Assembly (NCBI GenBank): GCA_010015805.1
Contig: ML978140.1
Coordinates: 1-64,000, forward strand
Source: Rhizodiscina lignyota
Taxonomy: Eukaryota
DNA: 64,000 bases
Direction of reading: 5' to 3'
Made by a program: the position numbers and the translations under genes
Notes under the pieces: generated by a model
The model's input: only the letters and a program-made list of their open reading frames with translations
What the model was told of the DNA's origin: nothing
Databases searched by the model: none
Shown here: one piece after another, positions 37,572-51,222 of the stretch
Layout: each line of letters opens with the position of its first letter
Numbering within the stretch: the first letter of the stretch is position 1

Positions 37572-39739
37572 TCAATCAAGGCGCTCAAGTAAGAGCTTCA
37601 TGCCCGCAACAGCTGCTTTCTGTCCGCTCTTGCTATGCTCCTTGCTGGTTTCTTTAGGCGTCGCTGCTGCATCACTTTCAGCTCGTTTAATCGCCTTCTT
37701 CAAAGCAGCCCTCTCACTCCCCAGCGACTTCAACAACGCCTCCTTCCCGATCCAGCCATCCTGTTCGACAAGTGCAAGGACTATAAACGCCCCAGAACCC
37801 GTTGCCCACTGTAGCAGATGGCCCTTCATCTTCTCGAAAAGTAGAGTACAGAAATCTCCAGATGGTCGAACTTGTCGGACTGTCTTCTCTTTCGGATCGA
37901 AATGGCCGCCTTGCACAAGTGTCTTGAGCATCCTTCCAGAGCTGGGATTTCGTGCAATGTGAGCTTCTTCGCCCGGATCGCCTTGGACAAGGGTGGCAAC
38001 GGCTTTGAAAGCTGCAGTGGAATCGCCTTCAGCGGCGAGTAAGACTTCAGTAATAAAATAGCAGCCAAAAACCGTCTGTGCCAGCGTCGACGCTTGGCTT
38101 GCAACCGTAGCGAGAAGAGAAGAAGATAGTCCGCGAACAAGTTCTTGCCTACGGACAGCAGGATCCTTCTTTGATGTCGTTGTGCGAATGTCGTGAATAG
38201 CCTTGATCATTATCATGTCAGCCTCTGAGAGCAGAGCTTTGGGTAGCGCAGTAGTTGCCGATGCGAAAGGATACAAGAGCGCAATCCTTCCAGTGGGATG
38301 ATTGGCCAGAGCAGTGATCGTGTCGGCCTGTTGACTAGGCTCGTCACCTTTCCCAATCAGTTCAGGAAATATAGCCTTGGAGATCATGACGGTATCATCA
38401 ATGACATCGTATGCTGCGAGAAGGATGCCATGGCCATGTATATCTTGCGCTAGTATTTCGATCATGTCCTTGTAGACCTTCAAGATATATCGGCGATCCT
38501 TGGCTGCACCATACGCGAGAGCCATGCAGACTATACGGGCTCCCGATGCTGTGAATGCAAGATTCTTGAGAAGATCATGGTCTTTCTCTTCCTCATCACC
38601 TTGGCCCTTGAGTAGTTCGAGGAACTCGGTTGCTTCTTCGCTGCCGGGCTTGCAGTTCAAGTAGTATTGCAGCATCGCGTCGTGAAGCATGGTGAAGCCC
38701 GTGAGCTTCTTCTGAACAAGCTGGTTAATCAGGTTGTACAAATAGCTCAACATTGGCTTGCGCTTCTCAGGAGCTTCTTCCAGGATATCGGAAAGAGTGG
38801 CTGTGCGCTTTTCTTTCTCGCTGGCTTTGAAAATGGCGTATTCCGGTCCGTACCACTCTTTGAGCAAGACCGCTTTCTGATCTTTGGTTGCGACTTGTCG
38901 GTAGATGTCATCCAGGATCCAAGAAGCCTCTGGATGGTTGATCATCTTGCGAACGTGACCATGGAACTCGGCGATGATCATGTTCTGAATGTCCTTGTCC
39001 CCCTCGACAACCAGCTTCGCCACCAAGAACTTTGCATACCTGCTCTCCGCCAAGGTTATGAACTCTCCCTTCAGCTCATTTGCAATCATCCTCCGTTGAG
39101 TCATATTGGCGTATTTCAAGGCGCATTGTACAACGCGCACCGAGTCATGTTTGAAGACAAAATCTTTGATTCGTCCTTGAATGATGTCGAACAACTCTTC
39201 AACCAGCTGCTTCCGTTCTTCGCGTGGTACGTGTGATTTTAGTCGTAGGCGCTCCCATATCTTCTTCGAGCGTGCAATCGAGTCGGCGTTGGGCTTGGAT
39301 GCTTTGCGCTCTTTTGCCAGAACTTTCTGCTTTGCGTGTGCTTCTCTAGACGATGCTATGAAAGGTCAGTTGATTGAAAAGTAAGAATGACACGACACAT
39401 ACTGCTTAGATGACCATTTGCATCCAGGTATTCATGATTGTCTCGCTTCTGCTTGGCGGATGTGGCCTTTGGCTCTTCCTCGTCAGCGCCTGGAGAATTC
39501 TGGTTACCAGCTTCATCGCCACCCTGTTCTTTTGCTGAAAATCCATGAAAGCCATTCTGGTCCTCTGAGGTATCCGACTCGACAAGACTCTCGGACTGCG
39601 GTTCGGTGCCGCGTTTTGTTCGAGCGGATTTTGGCGGTTGGACATTGCCCTTCTCAGGTTTAGGTTTGGACGCTGAGAACTTTGCTTTCTTCGCCGACTT
39701 CAAGGCACTCTCGCCCTGCTTTCTCTTGATTCCTGCCAT
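37572..39739 (-). CDS. PUF6: Pumilio-homology domain protein Puf6
   Basis: MAGIKRK; IARSKKIWERLRLKSHVP; FVFKHDSVRVVQCALKY; LAESRYAKFLVAKL; one intron. Confidence 0.93.
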
Positions 39740-42330
39740 GCTGGTGGATTTGTTGTCTGCAGGATATTTTCCTTGCGGCCGTTCCACATAAATTTTTCAT
39801 CCGGACGGGCCAATGTAGCTCCGGAGTTCCGCCGACGAACCCACCTCCACATTTCCCTCAGCCAATCAATGCGGGAGATGCACTCATCTGGTCCATCGAC
39901 TCTCGCCATTTTCTTTTATGTGAAGTTGAAGTATTGTGCTCAGAGAAGATTTTACACTACTGCGAAGCCGTATTCTTCATTCCTCAATCGTTACTATTCG
40001 CCGGTAGTGTACTCACATTATTTCCACGGCAGCTACCAACCCTAACCCTTATTTCTCCCCTTGATACACTCTATGGCAGTGTCTAGCAATGCAGAGCATT
40101 TTATTTGACATCATTCCGAGATCATCAGAGACACGTACTCTAGTATGATATCATTGCATCCAATTTATTTATATCTAATTTGGATGAACCGTGTGCCACG
40201 GATTAGGGTGAGACCTGCATGAGTAACTGTCGGAGTATAACGCTACTCTACCCAATATCGAATTACACAACAGGAACTGCATCAAACACATGCATGCCTA
40301 CAGCACCTTGCATCTAATCTGTCCATCTAATATTTTCTGCATCCATTGCTACTTCAATCCATTGCAATGGCTCGCACGAATGGACAAGACTTCTCCAAGA
40401 CAATGGTTCAATTGGCCAATCAGAGCATGCGACTCACCGCTCTTCCAACTGGCGCTCCGCCAAACAGCCTTGCAACGAACGGCCGGCGCTAGCATGAACC
40501 GCGACGTCCGCCATCTCATCAAGATGCTTCAGGACATGGTCAGATGCCATCTCTCCCGCATACAGAGTGCGTCTCGCCAGAAGAACTGTCAGATGCTAGC
40601 CTCCTAGCGCAGGATCCAAGCCCGTGCGGGGGGACAAGAGACACGCTGGCTGGCATGATAACCGTCGATATCGGCGACCGATGTGGACGACATGTCACGT
40701 CTCACTGCGCCGGCCAGCTGCTCAATTGCGTGGCACATGCACGCGAGCCTCTGGATGATGCCAGTAATCCCCAAAGAATGGACTCGAGGCGGGACGGCTC
40801 GTCGCCCATCATGCGTTTCGCCGGCTCGGGGCGAGCGACGAGGATGGGATGCGCTCGCCATGACAGGGCTGGTAAGAAGCATTGCCAGCTGGCAAACGAT
40901 ATGCTAGACACACCATGAGGCTCACTCCCTGTCTCGCTGGCAAACTGCTGCGGCTCGAAACAGCTCAGTCCATGCGATGGCGTCGTTTGCTTCTTGGAAA
41001 CGGCTAGTCCCAGCGCTGACACGTAGCCATCTATCTGCACGACTGACGCAGGACCGCTGCATCTCTGTTAAATAGCCCCAAGGGAGCCGGCAGATAGAGC
41101 GCGCCTATCGATAAAAGTAGTGTGCGACAGCCGTCGCCGAACCTTCCTCTTTGCCCATTGTTTCTCCTCTTCGTCGTCGTCGTGCGGAGCGCAATTGCGG
41201 TTGTCGTTGTGTCGCGATATTCTCAACACCAAGGGTGCGGGCCGATTGGCTGTACGAGACAGCCCTGCACACGAGCCGGGCTTTTGCTCTCTGCAGACTG
41301 CTAGGAGCACCCGGTGAGCCTCAAGAAAAGGAAAATAAACCCCTGCATCGAGACGAGCCGGCGCGAACCTCACTGCTTCTCCATTAAAACGGACGTGCAT
41401 TCACCCTGACCTCACCGCCGCACACATCGCACAATTTAATATCGACCTCGTCGCTCCGTCGCCGTACCCAAAACACCACCCAGAGTCAGCGATGCGTTGC
41501 CAGAGGTCGAAAATAACGTTGCTACAGCCGCCACAAGAGTGGAGCTGATGCTTGAGCCGTCCCATGTGCTGGAGCTCGCCTTGACGCCGTCGTCGTCTTC
41601 CATTGGTCCATCGCCGGATCTTTTGGGCGAATGGGAGGGTTGCGCTCTGCCATAATCAAATAAGATCGAAGAACTGGAGATTGAGTTACTTCGTCACTGC
41701 CCTGCTGCTTTCCGCTTTCAGGTATCCGAGCTCATCGGCAATTACGCGCTTGAGCATTCGACTAACATTGCTGTTTAGGGTGGCTTGTTGTCTTCATCGT
41801 GCCATTTTTATCGCCGCGACCTCGTTGCCAGGCGCTGCTGCACCAGCCCCAGCTGCTGCTTGTACTATAGTCTTCTTCTTTTTACTCGTCGAACCTTAAT
41901 CGCTATTGTAATTCGCCCCGTCTTTCACCCGACGCTGGAAGCTGGATCTTGCGAGCATCTGTGGTGGTAGATCGAGCTCGTTGGACCAACCTCCTCTGAC
42001 ACTTGCGGCCATTCACCTTCCATCCTGAAACAATCGGCCGATGAGCTTGGTGACCAAGCTACATTGTCTTGTTTCTGGTACCTCAGAGCCTGGCCAGAAC
42101 TTGAAACCATCAAGCAGCCTCCTGGCAATTCGCCCGGTGACATTGCCTCCAAGACACGCAACCAACCATTGATTGTGTCTCGGGTGACAAAGGAGGACTG
42201 TCTCAGCTGAGAGAACCCAAGTTGAACATCATCATCACGCAACCGCCAGGCGTCTTATTGACATTTCAGCCTGGCGAGATAAAGAGAGCGACGCCCCGAA
42301 AGCCATCAGCCGGTCTCTGGACCGCGCCTG

Positions 42331-43803
42331 ATGGCCTCCTCAGATGTCGACCAGAAGTACCTTGCGCAGCAGGCGCAATTCACTTCTCACTCCAGCCCGC
42401 TCATGTCGAGCTCTCTTTTTCAGATTCTCGGACTCTCTGTCATGCTTGCACGCAAGCTGGTTCGAGCTCGACGACTGCGAAGGCTGGACACTTCACGCGA
42501 TACGAAATCATTGCAACTCTACCACCACATCATCTGGCTATCTCGTGAAGGGTTGGCAATTCTACAGACCTTTGTGCTACCATACACACAGGAAGGCCAG
42601 CATGGCCCCGAATTGCAGGTGCTCGCTGCGAAGTTGCAAGCGAGCTTCTTCCACGTCTTCTGCCTCTTCCACAACAACCCACCGATAACACAAACGAGCA
42701 TCCCTTCAGCCACGATACCGCCAGTACCACTCTCTCCACGCGCAGGAAACGGACAGACACGACGAGACAGGACACCTCCAGATGCTTCAACTCAGCGCAA
42801 GCCACCAACTCTCCGCGACCCAGTACCATCATACACCTCGGAAGCCTCCTACCTCACCAATCCATATGCCTCAGTCCCTCCAGGCACCGCCATCTCACCT
42901 CCTTCTGGCACAATCCACTCCCCCAGCAGCACGCGCCGCTCGCCCGCTGCGCCCCCAGGCCTCGCGCCCATTCGCCAGCCAACGCCTAGCAGCTCCTTCA
43001 TATTCCCCGCGCAAAACTTCCTTCCCGCCACAAGCTCCTACTTCAATCTCGCTACCAGCCTCGCAGCGCAACTCCTGCCTGGCTCTCACCCACTGCGCCT
43101 CAGCGTGGCAATCGAGCACGCCGCCTTCCTATGGGACTGCGTGCGCGACGGCGACGGCAGCCGAGCGATGGCTCGGCGTGCGATCCGCGACTGTCACGCT
43201 GCAAAGGAGGGCCTAAGCGACGCGGACTTTGAAGACGCGGCAGAGTGTGTGGGTGTGCTTGGACGGATGATGCGGCGCGAGGGGCTGAGTGGGAGTCCGA
43301 GTTTCGGGAGGAGGAGTCGGGAGACGTTGGGAAGTAGTGGGTGTAGTGTGAGGACAGTGACGCCGAGGGCTTCAGCTGCGCCTGGTGCCGGTGCAAGAGG
43401 CAGTGGTGGGCCGGCAATGAGGGGAGGGATGGCCGCGAGTGAGACTTCGCCAACGAGTACGAGAAGCTCTGCAGGACGCGCTGGGAGGTCTGGTGGCCAT
43501 GGGCGAGGCCCCGGCTCTGGTGAAACCAGTTCCATTCAGGCCAGTCCAACTCGGAGTCGAGCTTCGAGAGGTAGTGCTGGAGGTCATGGCCAGAGTGCAA
43601 GTGGTGGGACGATCAAGGCCAGCTCGACTAGGGATAGGAAATGGAGCCATAGTACGAAGGGGAGCGGAGGCAGTTCAAAGAGCAGGAGTGATGAGAGCAA
43701 GGAGAGCACGCCACGAGGAACGACGGCTTTGAGAGGGAGTGGCGTGAGTCGAGGAGATAGGTCGTCAAGGTCGAGGAGTATCGGATCGAGAGGGGTACGG
43801 TGA
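42331..43803 (+). CDS. Divergent fungal 14-3-3-like domain protein with low-complexity Ser/Gly/Arg tail
   Basis: LPGSHPLRLSVAIEHAAFLWD resembles 14-3-3 helix 7 (PTHPIRLGLALN); 490-aa single ORF. Confidence 0.75.
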   Translation: MASSDVDQKYLAQQAQFTSHSSPLMSSSLFQILGLSVMLARKLVRARRLRRLDTSRDTKSLQLYHHIIWLSREGLAILQTFVLPYTQEGQHGPELQVLAAKLQASFFHVFCLFHNNPPITQTSIPSATIPPVPLSPRAGNGQTRRDRTPPDASTQRKPPTLRDPVPSYTSEASYLTNPYASVPPGTAISPPSGTIHSPSSTRRSPAAPPGLAPIRQPTPSSSFIFPAQNFLPATSSYFNLATSLAAQLLPGSHPLRLSVAIEHAAFLWDCVRDGDGSRAMARRAIRDCHAAKEGLSDADFEDAAECVGVLGRMMRREGLSGSPSFGRRSRETLGSSGCSVRTVTPRASAAPGAGARGSGGPAMRGGMAASETSPTSTRSSAGRAGRSGGHGRGPGSGETSSIQASPTRSRASRGSAGGHGQSASGGTIKASSTRDRKWSHSTKGSGGSSKSRSDESKESTPRGTTALRGSGVSRGDRSSRSRSIGSRGVR

Positions 43804-44352
43804 AGACACAGAAGGGCAAGAAGACTGCAAGACCAAAAACACTCCCCTATGAAGGAAGAAGTGTACCTCTGGATACGTCTCGACATCGGCCGAACACACT
43901 CATCGCCACCGTGGAAGATATCCTCGCGCAAATTGAGTGCCTACCTGTGGCATCCATGTCGAGAGAATGAATATCCATTCTCATCGGAAGAATACCTCTA
44001 CACGCGAGTGCCGAGTAGTATGGCTGCACTTTCATTGTACAGCCGGACGAGGGACACAAGGTCGGGGGAAAGGAAAGGGCGATATAAACGCCGCATACAT
44101 ACACTGAGCAAGGTGGACATTTGGAAGAGACAAAAGTTTTTCGGAAGACGTGAGGTCTTCGCAAAATGGGATGTAATAATGGGATTCGTAAAGGCCTATC
44201 CACAAGAGGAATGTGCCTTTGTAAATACATGGCTCCCGTTTTGGACTGCACATGCATTGAAGCACACAAATTTCACTGCGATAATTCTTGAGAATCAGAA
44301 TCATTATATTTGCTTTTTCTACAACATCTCTGTCCGCTCTACACCCTGCACA

Positions 44353-45363
44353 TCATGCCTTGCGCCTCTTCGACGACCTCCCATCATAGCTCATCGCCGG
44401 CTTCTCTCCACCATTCTCCACACCCTCACCCTTCGCCGTCTTCAGCGCATTCGACACCGCGTTAGGCAAGAGGATCATGTCGCCCGCGACCGTGACCATA
44501 TGATAGCCCTTCTTCGCATACTCATTCGCCTGCTCGCCACTAGTGCAGAAAATACCTGTGCTCTTGCCATTATTCAGCGCCGCCTGATGAATCTTGTCAA
44601 TGGCAGCATGCAGCTCTGGCTTCATGACACCATCGAGGATGGGATGACCGATGTTGTTGCCCAGGTCGAAGGGCCCAATCAGCAGCACATCGACACCGGG
44701 AACCTTTGCGATGGCGTCGACGTTGTCGAGCGCTTCTTTCGTCTCGATCTGCACGAGGGTGATGATTGCATCGTTGGCTTCCTTGAGGTACTGCGTCTGC
44801 GATTCAAGATTCCACGCGTGGTGTGCGAAGGGGGACCCGAAGCCCCTGGTGCCCGTGGGCGGGAACTTGGCTGACGAGACGACACGTTTTGCGTCGTCTA
44901 CGGTGTACAACAAGGGCACTAGGACGCCCTGAGCTCCAGTGTCAAGAGCGCCTAGTGAAATTGTCAGCAGGAATGCGTACAGCATCTTGGGCTGGACACA
45001 CGTTTGACCATCCACGCCTCATTGCCCGGTATTCTCACGATTGGAGAGACGCCGAGAGCAGCAATGGCTGCAACAGAGTCGTGCATGTCACTATCTGGTC
45101 GAACATCAGCGCCATCTGTAGGTAATTTGCTCACAGAGCCTGATCACCTGAGATGTTTCCATGTTCACAATCCAAGCAAACCCAGTCCACGCCGCTCCTG
45201 GCCAAGAAGCGAGAAAGATTGGCTCCTGGAAGGGTCTATGCATAGCCAATAGAGTCACTTAAGTGCATTTTGGTCAAGGTTGTGCAGTCTCACACACCTG
45301 CCATACTCCAAACGAAGGTCCACCAGCCTTCAGGGCCTTCTGTAGTCGATTGACGGCCTGCAT
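44353..45363 (-). CDS. HpcH/HpaI aldolase/citrate lyase family protein
   Basis: WVCLDCEHGNI; ALDTGAQGVLVP; KFPPTGTRGFG; VQIETKEALDNVDAIAKVPGVDVLLIGPFDL. Confidence 0.93.
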
Positions 45364-45567
45364 CGTGCCAATTGCAGCGGGAGAAGCTGGTACAGTACTT
45401 CAGCGAGCGGATATCGCACTTCGTCGCGTGCTCGACAGCTCCAGAGCTCTAGAGCTCCAATAGAATGATTTGAGAAGTCCAATTGGAGTCTTATAAGGAC
45501 GGTAGCGGGGTAGCTGTGGCCGAGTCGCTGCTCCAACCGAGTTAGCCGTGCGCTGCTTTTCCATACT

Positions 45568-45959
45568 CTAGCCTTTTCCATCGTCGCCTTCGCCGTCCGC
45601 GTCGGCCATAAGCTGCAGGACGTGCTGCGCTGAGAAGCGATGCATTGCCTTCCGAACATCGGCACTCGTCGTCGACGCTCGTTGGACGTGGATCTGGCTT
45701 TTGTAAGGAGAGACGAGCACTGGGTGCCGGAGAAAAGGCCGGCATATATACAGATACTTACGACTGGCGTGTCGAACTCGTACAACTCCTTCCACTGCTC
45801 CTGACCGCGCGCCATGACGTCGATCTCGGCGAAGTCGAAGGGCTTCTTGTCCCAGGCGTGGGAGAGGACCAGCTTGGCCTGGTCGCACAGAGCGCAATTG
45901 GCCCTGGTGAAGAGGGTGATGCGCAGCGCGTGCTGGAGAAGGGGTCGAGTGATGCGCAT
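45568..45959 (-). CDS. Glutaredoxin-like protein (DUF836 type)
   Basis: ITLFTRANCALCDQAK (CxxC); WKELYEFDTPV|IHV; KAMHRF. Confidence 0.85.
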
Positions 45960-46251
45960 GATCTGAACACGGCCCAAATGGAGCTGCCTTGCGAGAGTAC
46001 AAGCTGTTCAATTGTTCCCTCAAATAATCAAGTGCTCGTCGTCTCGTGTCCGTGTCCAGGCCCGCCCCTGGTGTCGGTGAAGGATCAGGGGGCGGTTTTC
46101 TGCCACCGCCTTTGAAGCTGCGCTGCCCATGACGCAGTTCGAGAAACTTCGCGATTCGCGCTCGAAAGTCTCCGTTCTCACTGCTTCTTCTCAACAACAA
46201 ATGGCCGGTGACATCTTATTATCATAGCACTCGTACTTCGCTCAGTCCACC

Positions 46252-47257
46252 ATGGCTCAGAAGTGCGTGCACAAGGGCTGCGGAAAGCTTTTCACCGATC
46301 CAGACGAGCCATGTGTCTACCATCCAGGCCCGCCAGAGTTCCATGAAGGCCAGAAAGGTGTTTACTACCGCTATTTTCATAATATATGAGTTTGCTATAT
46401 GATCGTGAAACTGACATAATCATCGGATAGGCTGGAAATGCTGCAAGCCGCGCGTCCTCACGTTCGACGAATTCCTCACCATCCCACCTTGCACGACGGG
46501 CAAGCACTCCACCGTCGACGATACGCCTGCGCCCGAGCCAGCGCCTACAATTGAAGCAGGCAACCTTCCAGCTCCCGTTGCAGTCCCACGCCTCCCCATT
46601 CCGCAGACCACCCAAGACCGCTCCGCATCCGCCTCTCCCGCGCCACCCCCAGAGTCCGAATCTGACGATCCTTCACTCTCCATACAGCCAGGTCAGACTT
46701 GTCGGCGAAAGGGCTGCAACGAGACATTCGATCCGAACGGAAATCGCGACGACGAGACGTGCACACATCATCCCGGCATTCCCATCTTCCACGAGGGCTC
46801 GAAGGGCTACACATGCTGCAAGCGACGAGTGCTCGAGTTTGACGAGTTCATGCGAATCGAAGGCTGCAAGACGAAGAAGCGGCATCTTTTCGTGGGCAGC
46901 GGGAAGAAAGCAAAGGCAGAAGAGAAGCTCACCAGTGTGCGGCACGACTTCTACCAGACGCCAAGCGCGGTGATAGCGAGCCTGTTCCTCAAGAAGATCG
47001 ATAAAGACAAGTCAAGCGTCAAGTTTGTGTCGGACAAGGAGGTGCAGCTGGACCTGAAGACAATTGATGGGAAGCATTATGCCGAGACGATCCCGCTGTA
47101 TGGGACGATTGTGCCGGAGGAGAGCGAGTTCAAGGTTATGGGGACGAAGCTGGAGCTCACGCTGGCGAAAAAGGACGGGCTTGGCTGGCCTGTGTTGCGG
47201 GCAGATGATCAGTTGACTGGGGAGATTATCCAGTCGGGCAGGGCGGGAAGAGCATGA
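46252..47257 (+). CDS. CHORD- and CS-domain Hsp90 co-chaperone
   Basis: CVHKGCGK...CVYHPGPPEFHEGQK|GWKCCKPRVLTFDEFL; second CHORD; RHDFYQT CS domain. Confidence 0.93.
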
Positions 47258-47838
47258 AGCATTGTGGCGCGGAGTTATGCTGGATTGGAGTGCATGAGCT
47301 AACGATGAAGACATGCTATCCACACAATGCTAATGAAAGGAATGATCAAGATGAAACACCAGTCTTCTTCCCGCTCATCAAAAAGGCCCGAAAGGAACCC
47401 CATTGCGACCATGGCTTTGCCGCATTGCGACTTCGACGTTGTAACAGACTATGAGCAAAACCTTTATCCCTCCCCATACCATCCCAGCTTCGAAAGTTTC
47501 TCCTCCGATGGCAACGTCGATGGCTCTACCGAAGGACTGGACGTGCTGGCCAATCGATTTTTTAGGAATCAGTAAAATGCATCCTTCTCATACTTTTTCC
47601 GCAGTGGCATGAATGTCATGTCAAGTGACTGCACGGTGTCGTTGCATTGCATGGTAGTGGGGCGCAGTAAACCTTATCTTTGGTACTTAGCCTTGCAAGA
47701 TATTCTTCCAGTACTTCTTGCCAAATGGTGGACAAAGGTCACACTTACAAGAAATGCCAATATCAGACTACACGAACGAATCAACTTGCAACGCTACAAC
47801 GCACGACCAAAAAAGGAAAAGAAACGGAAACGCTAAAT

Positions 47839-48649
47839 CTACGACGACGAATCCCCATACGGTGCCTCAAACCGCAAACATTCCCCTGGCCCACACGGAT
47901 TATTAGCAGAACAATCAAACCCACGAAACCACGTACCATCGCTCTTCTCATAAAACCACTGAGAGTACATGCAGTAATTCGGCTGACCCTTCATGTCCTG
48001 CCAGACCAGGCTCTCCGCGGCGTCGGTCCAGTCGTTCGTGCCCATCGCGTCGTTGGTGAAGTGAAACAATATAAGCGCGCCATTGTGGTCGAAGGCGTGG
48101 GTTCCCGGGCCGTTGGCGACGGCGAGGACGATCTGTCATCCATGGCGGGGACGTTAAGGTTTGTGTGCCCGGTAGCTTGGTTAAGGTTGCCATAGCCGAG
48201 CTAGCCGTTGGATTCGCTGAAGATGGACCATCTGACACCCAACAACGTCAGCACGTCGATTCATTGGTAGAGTGACAAACAAAGCGAGATATGTAAACGT
48301 ACCTGATGTCCCATTTCTTGTTCTTCTCATCAATCCAGTGGTGAATATGTATCCGCACCCAGCCAGGGTGGGGTGTGGTGTCGCCATGAAACCTGACGGG
48401 CGCCTTCGTGACGCCTTCCCAGTCGCACTGCGCTGCCCATATTTGGCAAGTGTGCTGCAGTTTCACCGAAAGGGTCCCTTTGTTCGTATGATACCACATG
48501 TTGCAGAGAGAGCCCCATTCACCGCAGTCGCTCCGCTTACCCAGCGTCATCTCTGTGGAGTTCGCATCAAGGCCTGGAGTTGTGGAAAGTGGAACTGCAG
48601 AAGAAAAGGCACCGACAGTGAGAATACTGAAAAGGCATTTGAGAAACAT
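47839..48649 (-). pseudogene. Secreted Cys-rich protein with Kex2 site, disrupted by an in-frame stop and a frameshift
   Basis: Signal peptide MFLKCLFSILTVGAFSSA; LGKR; intron; TAG at 48201-48203; 1-bp frameshift near 48133; C-terminal NYC...FDC...PC...EC. Confidence 0.7.
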
Positions 48650-49559
48650 GATGACTAAAGATGAGAAGAAGATTGTGAAAGTGCTAGAGAAGGTAGATCA
48701 AACAAGATTATGACGAGCTCAGTAGGCTCCGCGGGTAATAAATGTTGACACCTATCTTTGATCACGCATCGGATGGTTTGGAGCTCCAAGAAACCATTAT
48801 TCCGTGGAGGACAAAGAGATCAGCGCTAAATTTAGCAGTTTGGACACTATGTCTTTGGATTCTGATCACACTCTTTGTTCCATTGCATGGACGACAAGAG
48901 GTGCCAGAGAAGGCATTAAAACCGCCGAGCAGTATAAAGCCAGAGCTCTCGACGTTGACTAGGGATGAACAGAAGTTTAAGATAACAATGGTTTATTATG
49001 AAATGACTGTCCTGCATGACGACACATGGTTGCAGCATAGTAAGTCAAGCAAGTCTTACTGTTCAAGAGAATGGAGCGCATCACTGGAGGTTTGGCAGTT
49101 AGCATAGCATAGCTACTTGCCAGACTGATTGTAGGTCTCGTCCAGTCCGCTGAGGAATGCAGTTGTGAGGAGAGGGAAGTTGTGGATCAGGAGTGAAAGC
49201 CGAGCGCGTTCCTGGACCCACTTTTCCGAGTCATTACTAATAACGCTCCTTTCTTTAGGGCTGCATCCTTAGGGCTCCGCTCCTTAGGCCTCCTTTCCGT
49301 CACTCTCTCTTTTCTCGGCATGAGCGCGTTCAATAATCATGCATCTTTGGTTCCGCACTCTACCGTGCTCTCTTCCCCGGATTAGAGCTTCCCAAAAGCC
49401 GCTGCCTTGATGGCACTGAGCCCGCTTGTTATTTCGCACCCAATTTCACTCGGACATTCAGCCGCATCGTACGAGGGTCATCTACCGAGCACCGATATGA
49501 AATTGCATCTACAATAACGCGATTCCGTGTCCCATGAATGAAGCACCATTCCGCTGAAG

Positions 49560-51222
49560 ATGGTTGGAATTGGCGGAAGATCAAAAGCCTGTGATAATTG
49601 TCGCCGTCGACGCGTGAAATGTGGTGAGTGCTGCACATGACTAGCTACGCTTTCCGCATAGTAATTTTCGCAGATCAAACGAGGCCAGAATGTCACAAAT
49701 GCCTTAGACTGCGACTGACATGCGGAGGGTATCCTGATCTGACCGTTATTCAATTCGATGGACGGCGTGCAGGAAAACCATCGCAACCGGACCCAGTCTC
49801 AGCGGACGAGGCTGCTCTGATTCCTTTCAACTCGACCTCATCCCATGAATCTCTTTCTCTCTTCACGGCAGGTGATGAGTTTTTGCTGAATTCCGAGGTT
49901 CAGCTACATCCGGAACACATTTTCATATCGTTTACCCGTTCTCGGCTTCTACAGGGCCCGGACAGTACGAACATCACAGGTGTGCTTCCACGGATTGTCG
50001 ACAGAAACCTCGTACAGAAGTCATTTCTCGCTCTCGCTACCACCTATTTTGGAATGGAGCATAAAGAAAAGAGCTTAGTTCAGCGTGGTATGCAGCAGTA
50101 TGGGCATACTTTGGAAGATGTCCATAATGCTCTGAGCGACCCTTCACGCCGGACATCTTTTGATCTCTTGCAGTCTATTACTATAATGGGTTTTTTTGAA
50201 GTAGTTTCATCGGCACTCTTATATAAGCGAAAGGGCGCAAGCTGACCTTTTCATAGTTCCTCGTATCCGAAAATGAGCATGGCTGGATTAATCACTGTCT
50301 TGGCCTCGAAAGGCTGATCAACCTCCGAGGGCCGGCTTCTTTTACAAACGGCCCAGAACTGATTGTTCTCGAAAATGCACGACCTGCGATTGCATGCGCT
50401 GCATTACTTCTCCACAGATCAACGGTATTTTCAAAGTCGGAATGGAAGACCATGCCTTGGATTCTTTACCCAGAGCGCAAGAATTGTATGCAGAGCCTAA
50501 TTGACATACTTGTGGACTGCCCAGAGTTATTCGTCATGAGAGATCGCATCATCGCCATGTCTGTATCCGACGACCAAGCCTCCAGCTATCGAGAACTGTT
50601 CCGCAAGACAACCGATTTGCTCAACCAGCTGGACCAGTGGATACTAACCTGGAATCAATTAAATCCGGATTGTTACCACGAGACCGTTCCCTCAAACACG
50701 ACTCCCGTTTTCACAAGCAGTGAAGGAAGGCAGACCCCAGCGTGGACCACGACCATTGAGTACGACACAAGTATCCATGCGAATAACTTAACGCTATACA
50801 ATGCAACCTTCATCTTAGTACTGAAGTTTACGTACCAGACAGCACTCTCCACTGATTCTGGGCTAACTGATCAGCTGCAAGTGTCGGAGCTCTACACCAA
50901 AATGCTAGCAGCAGCGCTTATGGTTTGTCGTAGCGTCGATTACCACCTCCGGCTCATGCGATCGGGTGCAAGTAGTTTCTTTCTCTGGTTCTCATTGCGT
51001 ATGGCTTATGACGCTCTCGGTCGATCGAATCCTGTAATCGGCGCCTGGATTCGAAATGTCTTGCAGGAGGTGCACAACGGGAACGTCGGACGGTGGGCAA
51101 TAGCGCGGTATCTCTTGGACATCCCTCCTCCAGGCAATGAAGCGACCTCACAGGCAGAGAGTCAGCAGAATGCAGGCAGCCCAGTGCTTTGGCTCGAGGG
51201 TGACAAATGGGCTGATAGCTGA
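49560..51222 (+). CDS. Zn2Cys6 (C6 finger) transcription factor
   Basis: MVGIGGRSKACDNCRRRRVKC|DQTRPECHKCLRLRLTCGGY; GWINHCLGLERLINLRGP; EWKTMPW. Confidence 0.9.

Noticed and set aside
31319..39739. RAD51-NUP120-PUF6 as a functional cluster
   Set aside because: Unrelated housekeeping genes; ordinary adjacency.
43849..44874. 341-aa plus-strand ORF
   Set aside because: Largely the antisense shadow of the HpcH/HpaI aldolase; no motif.
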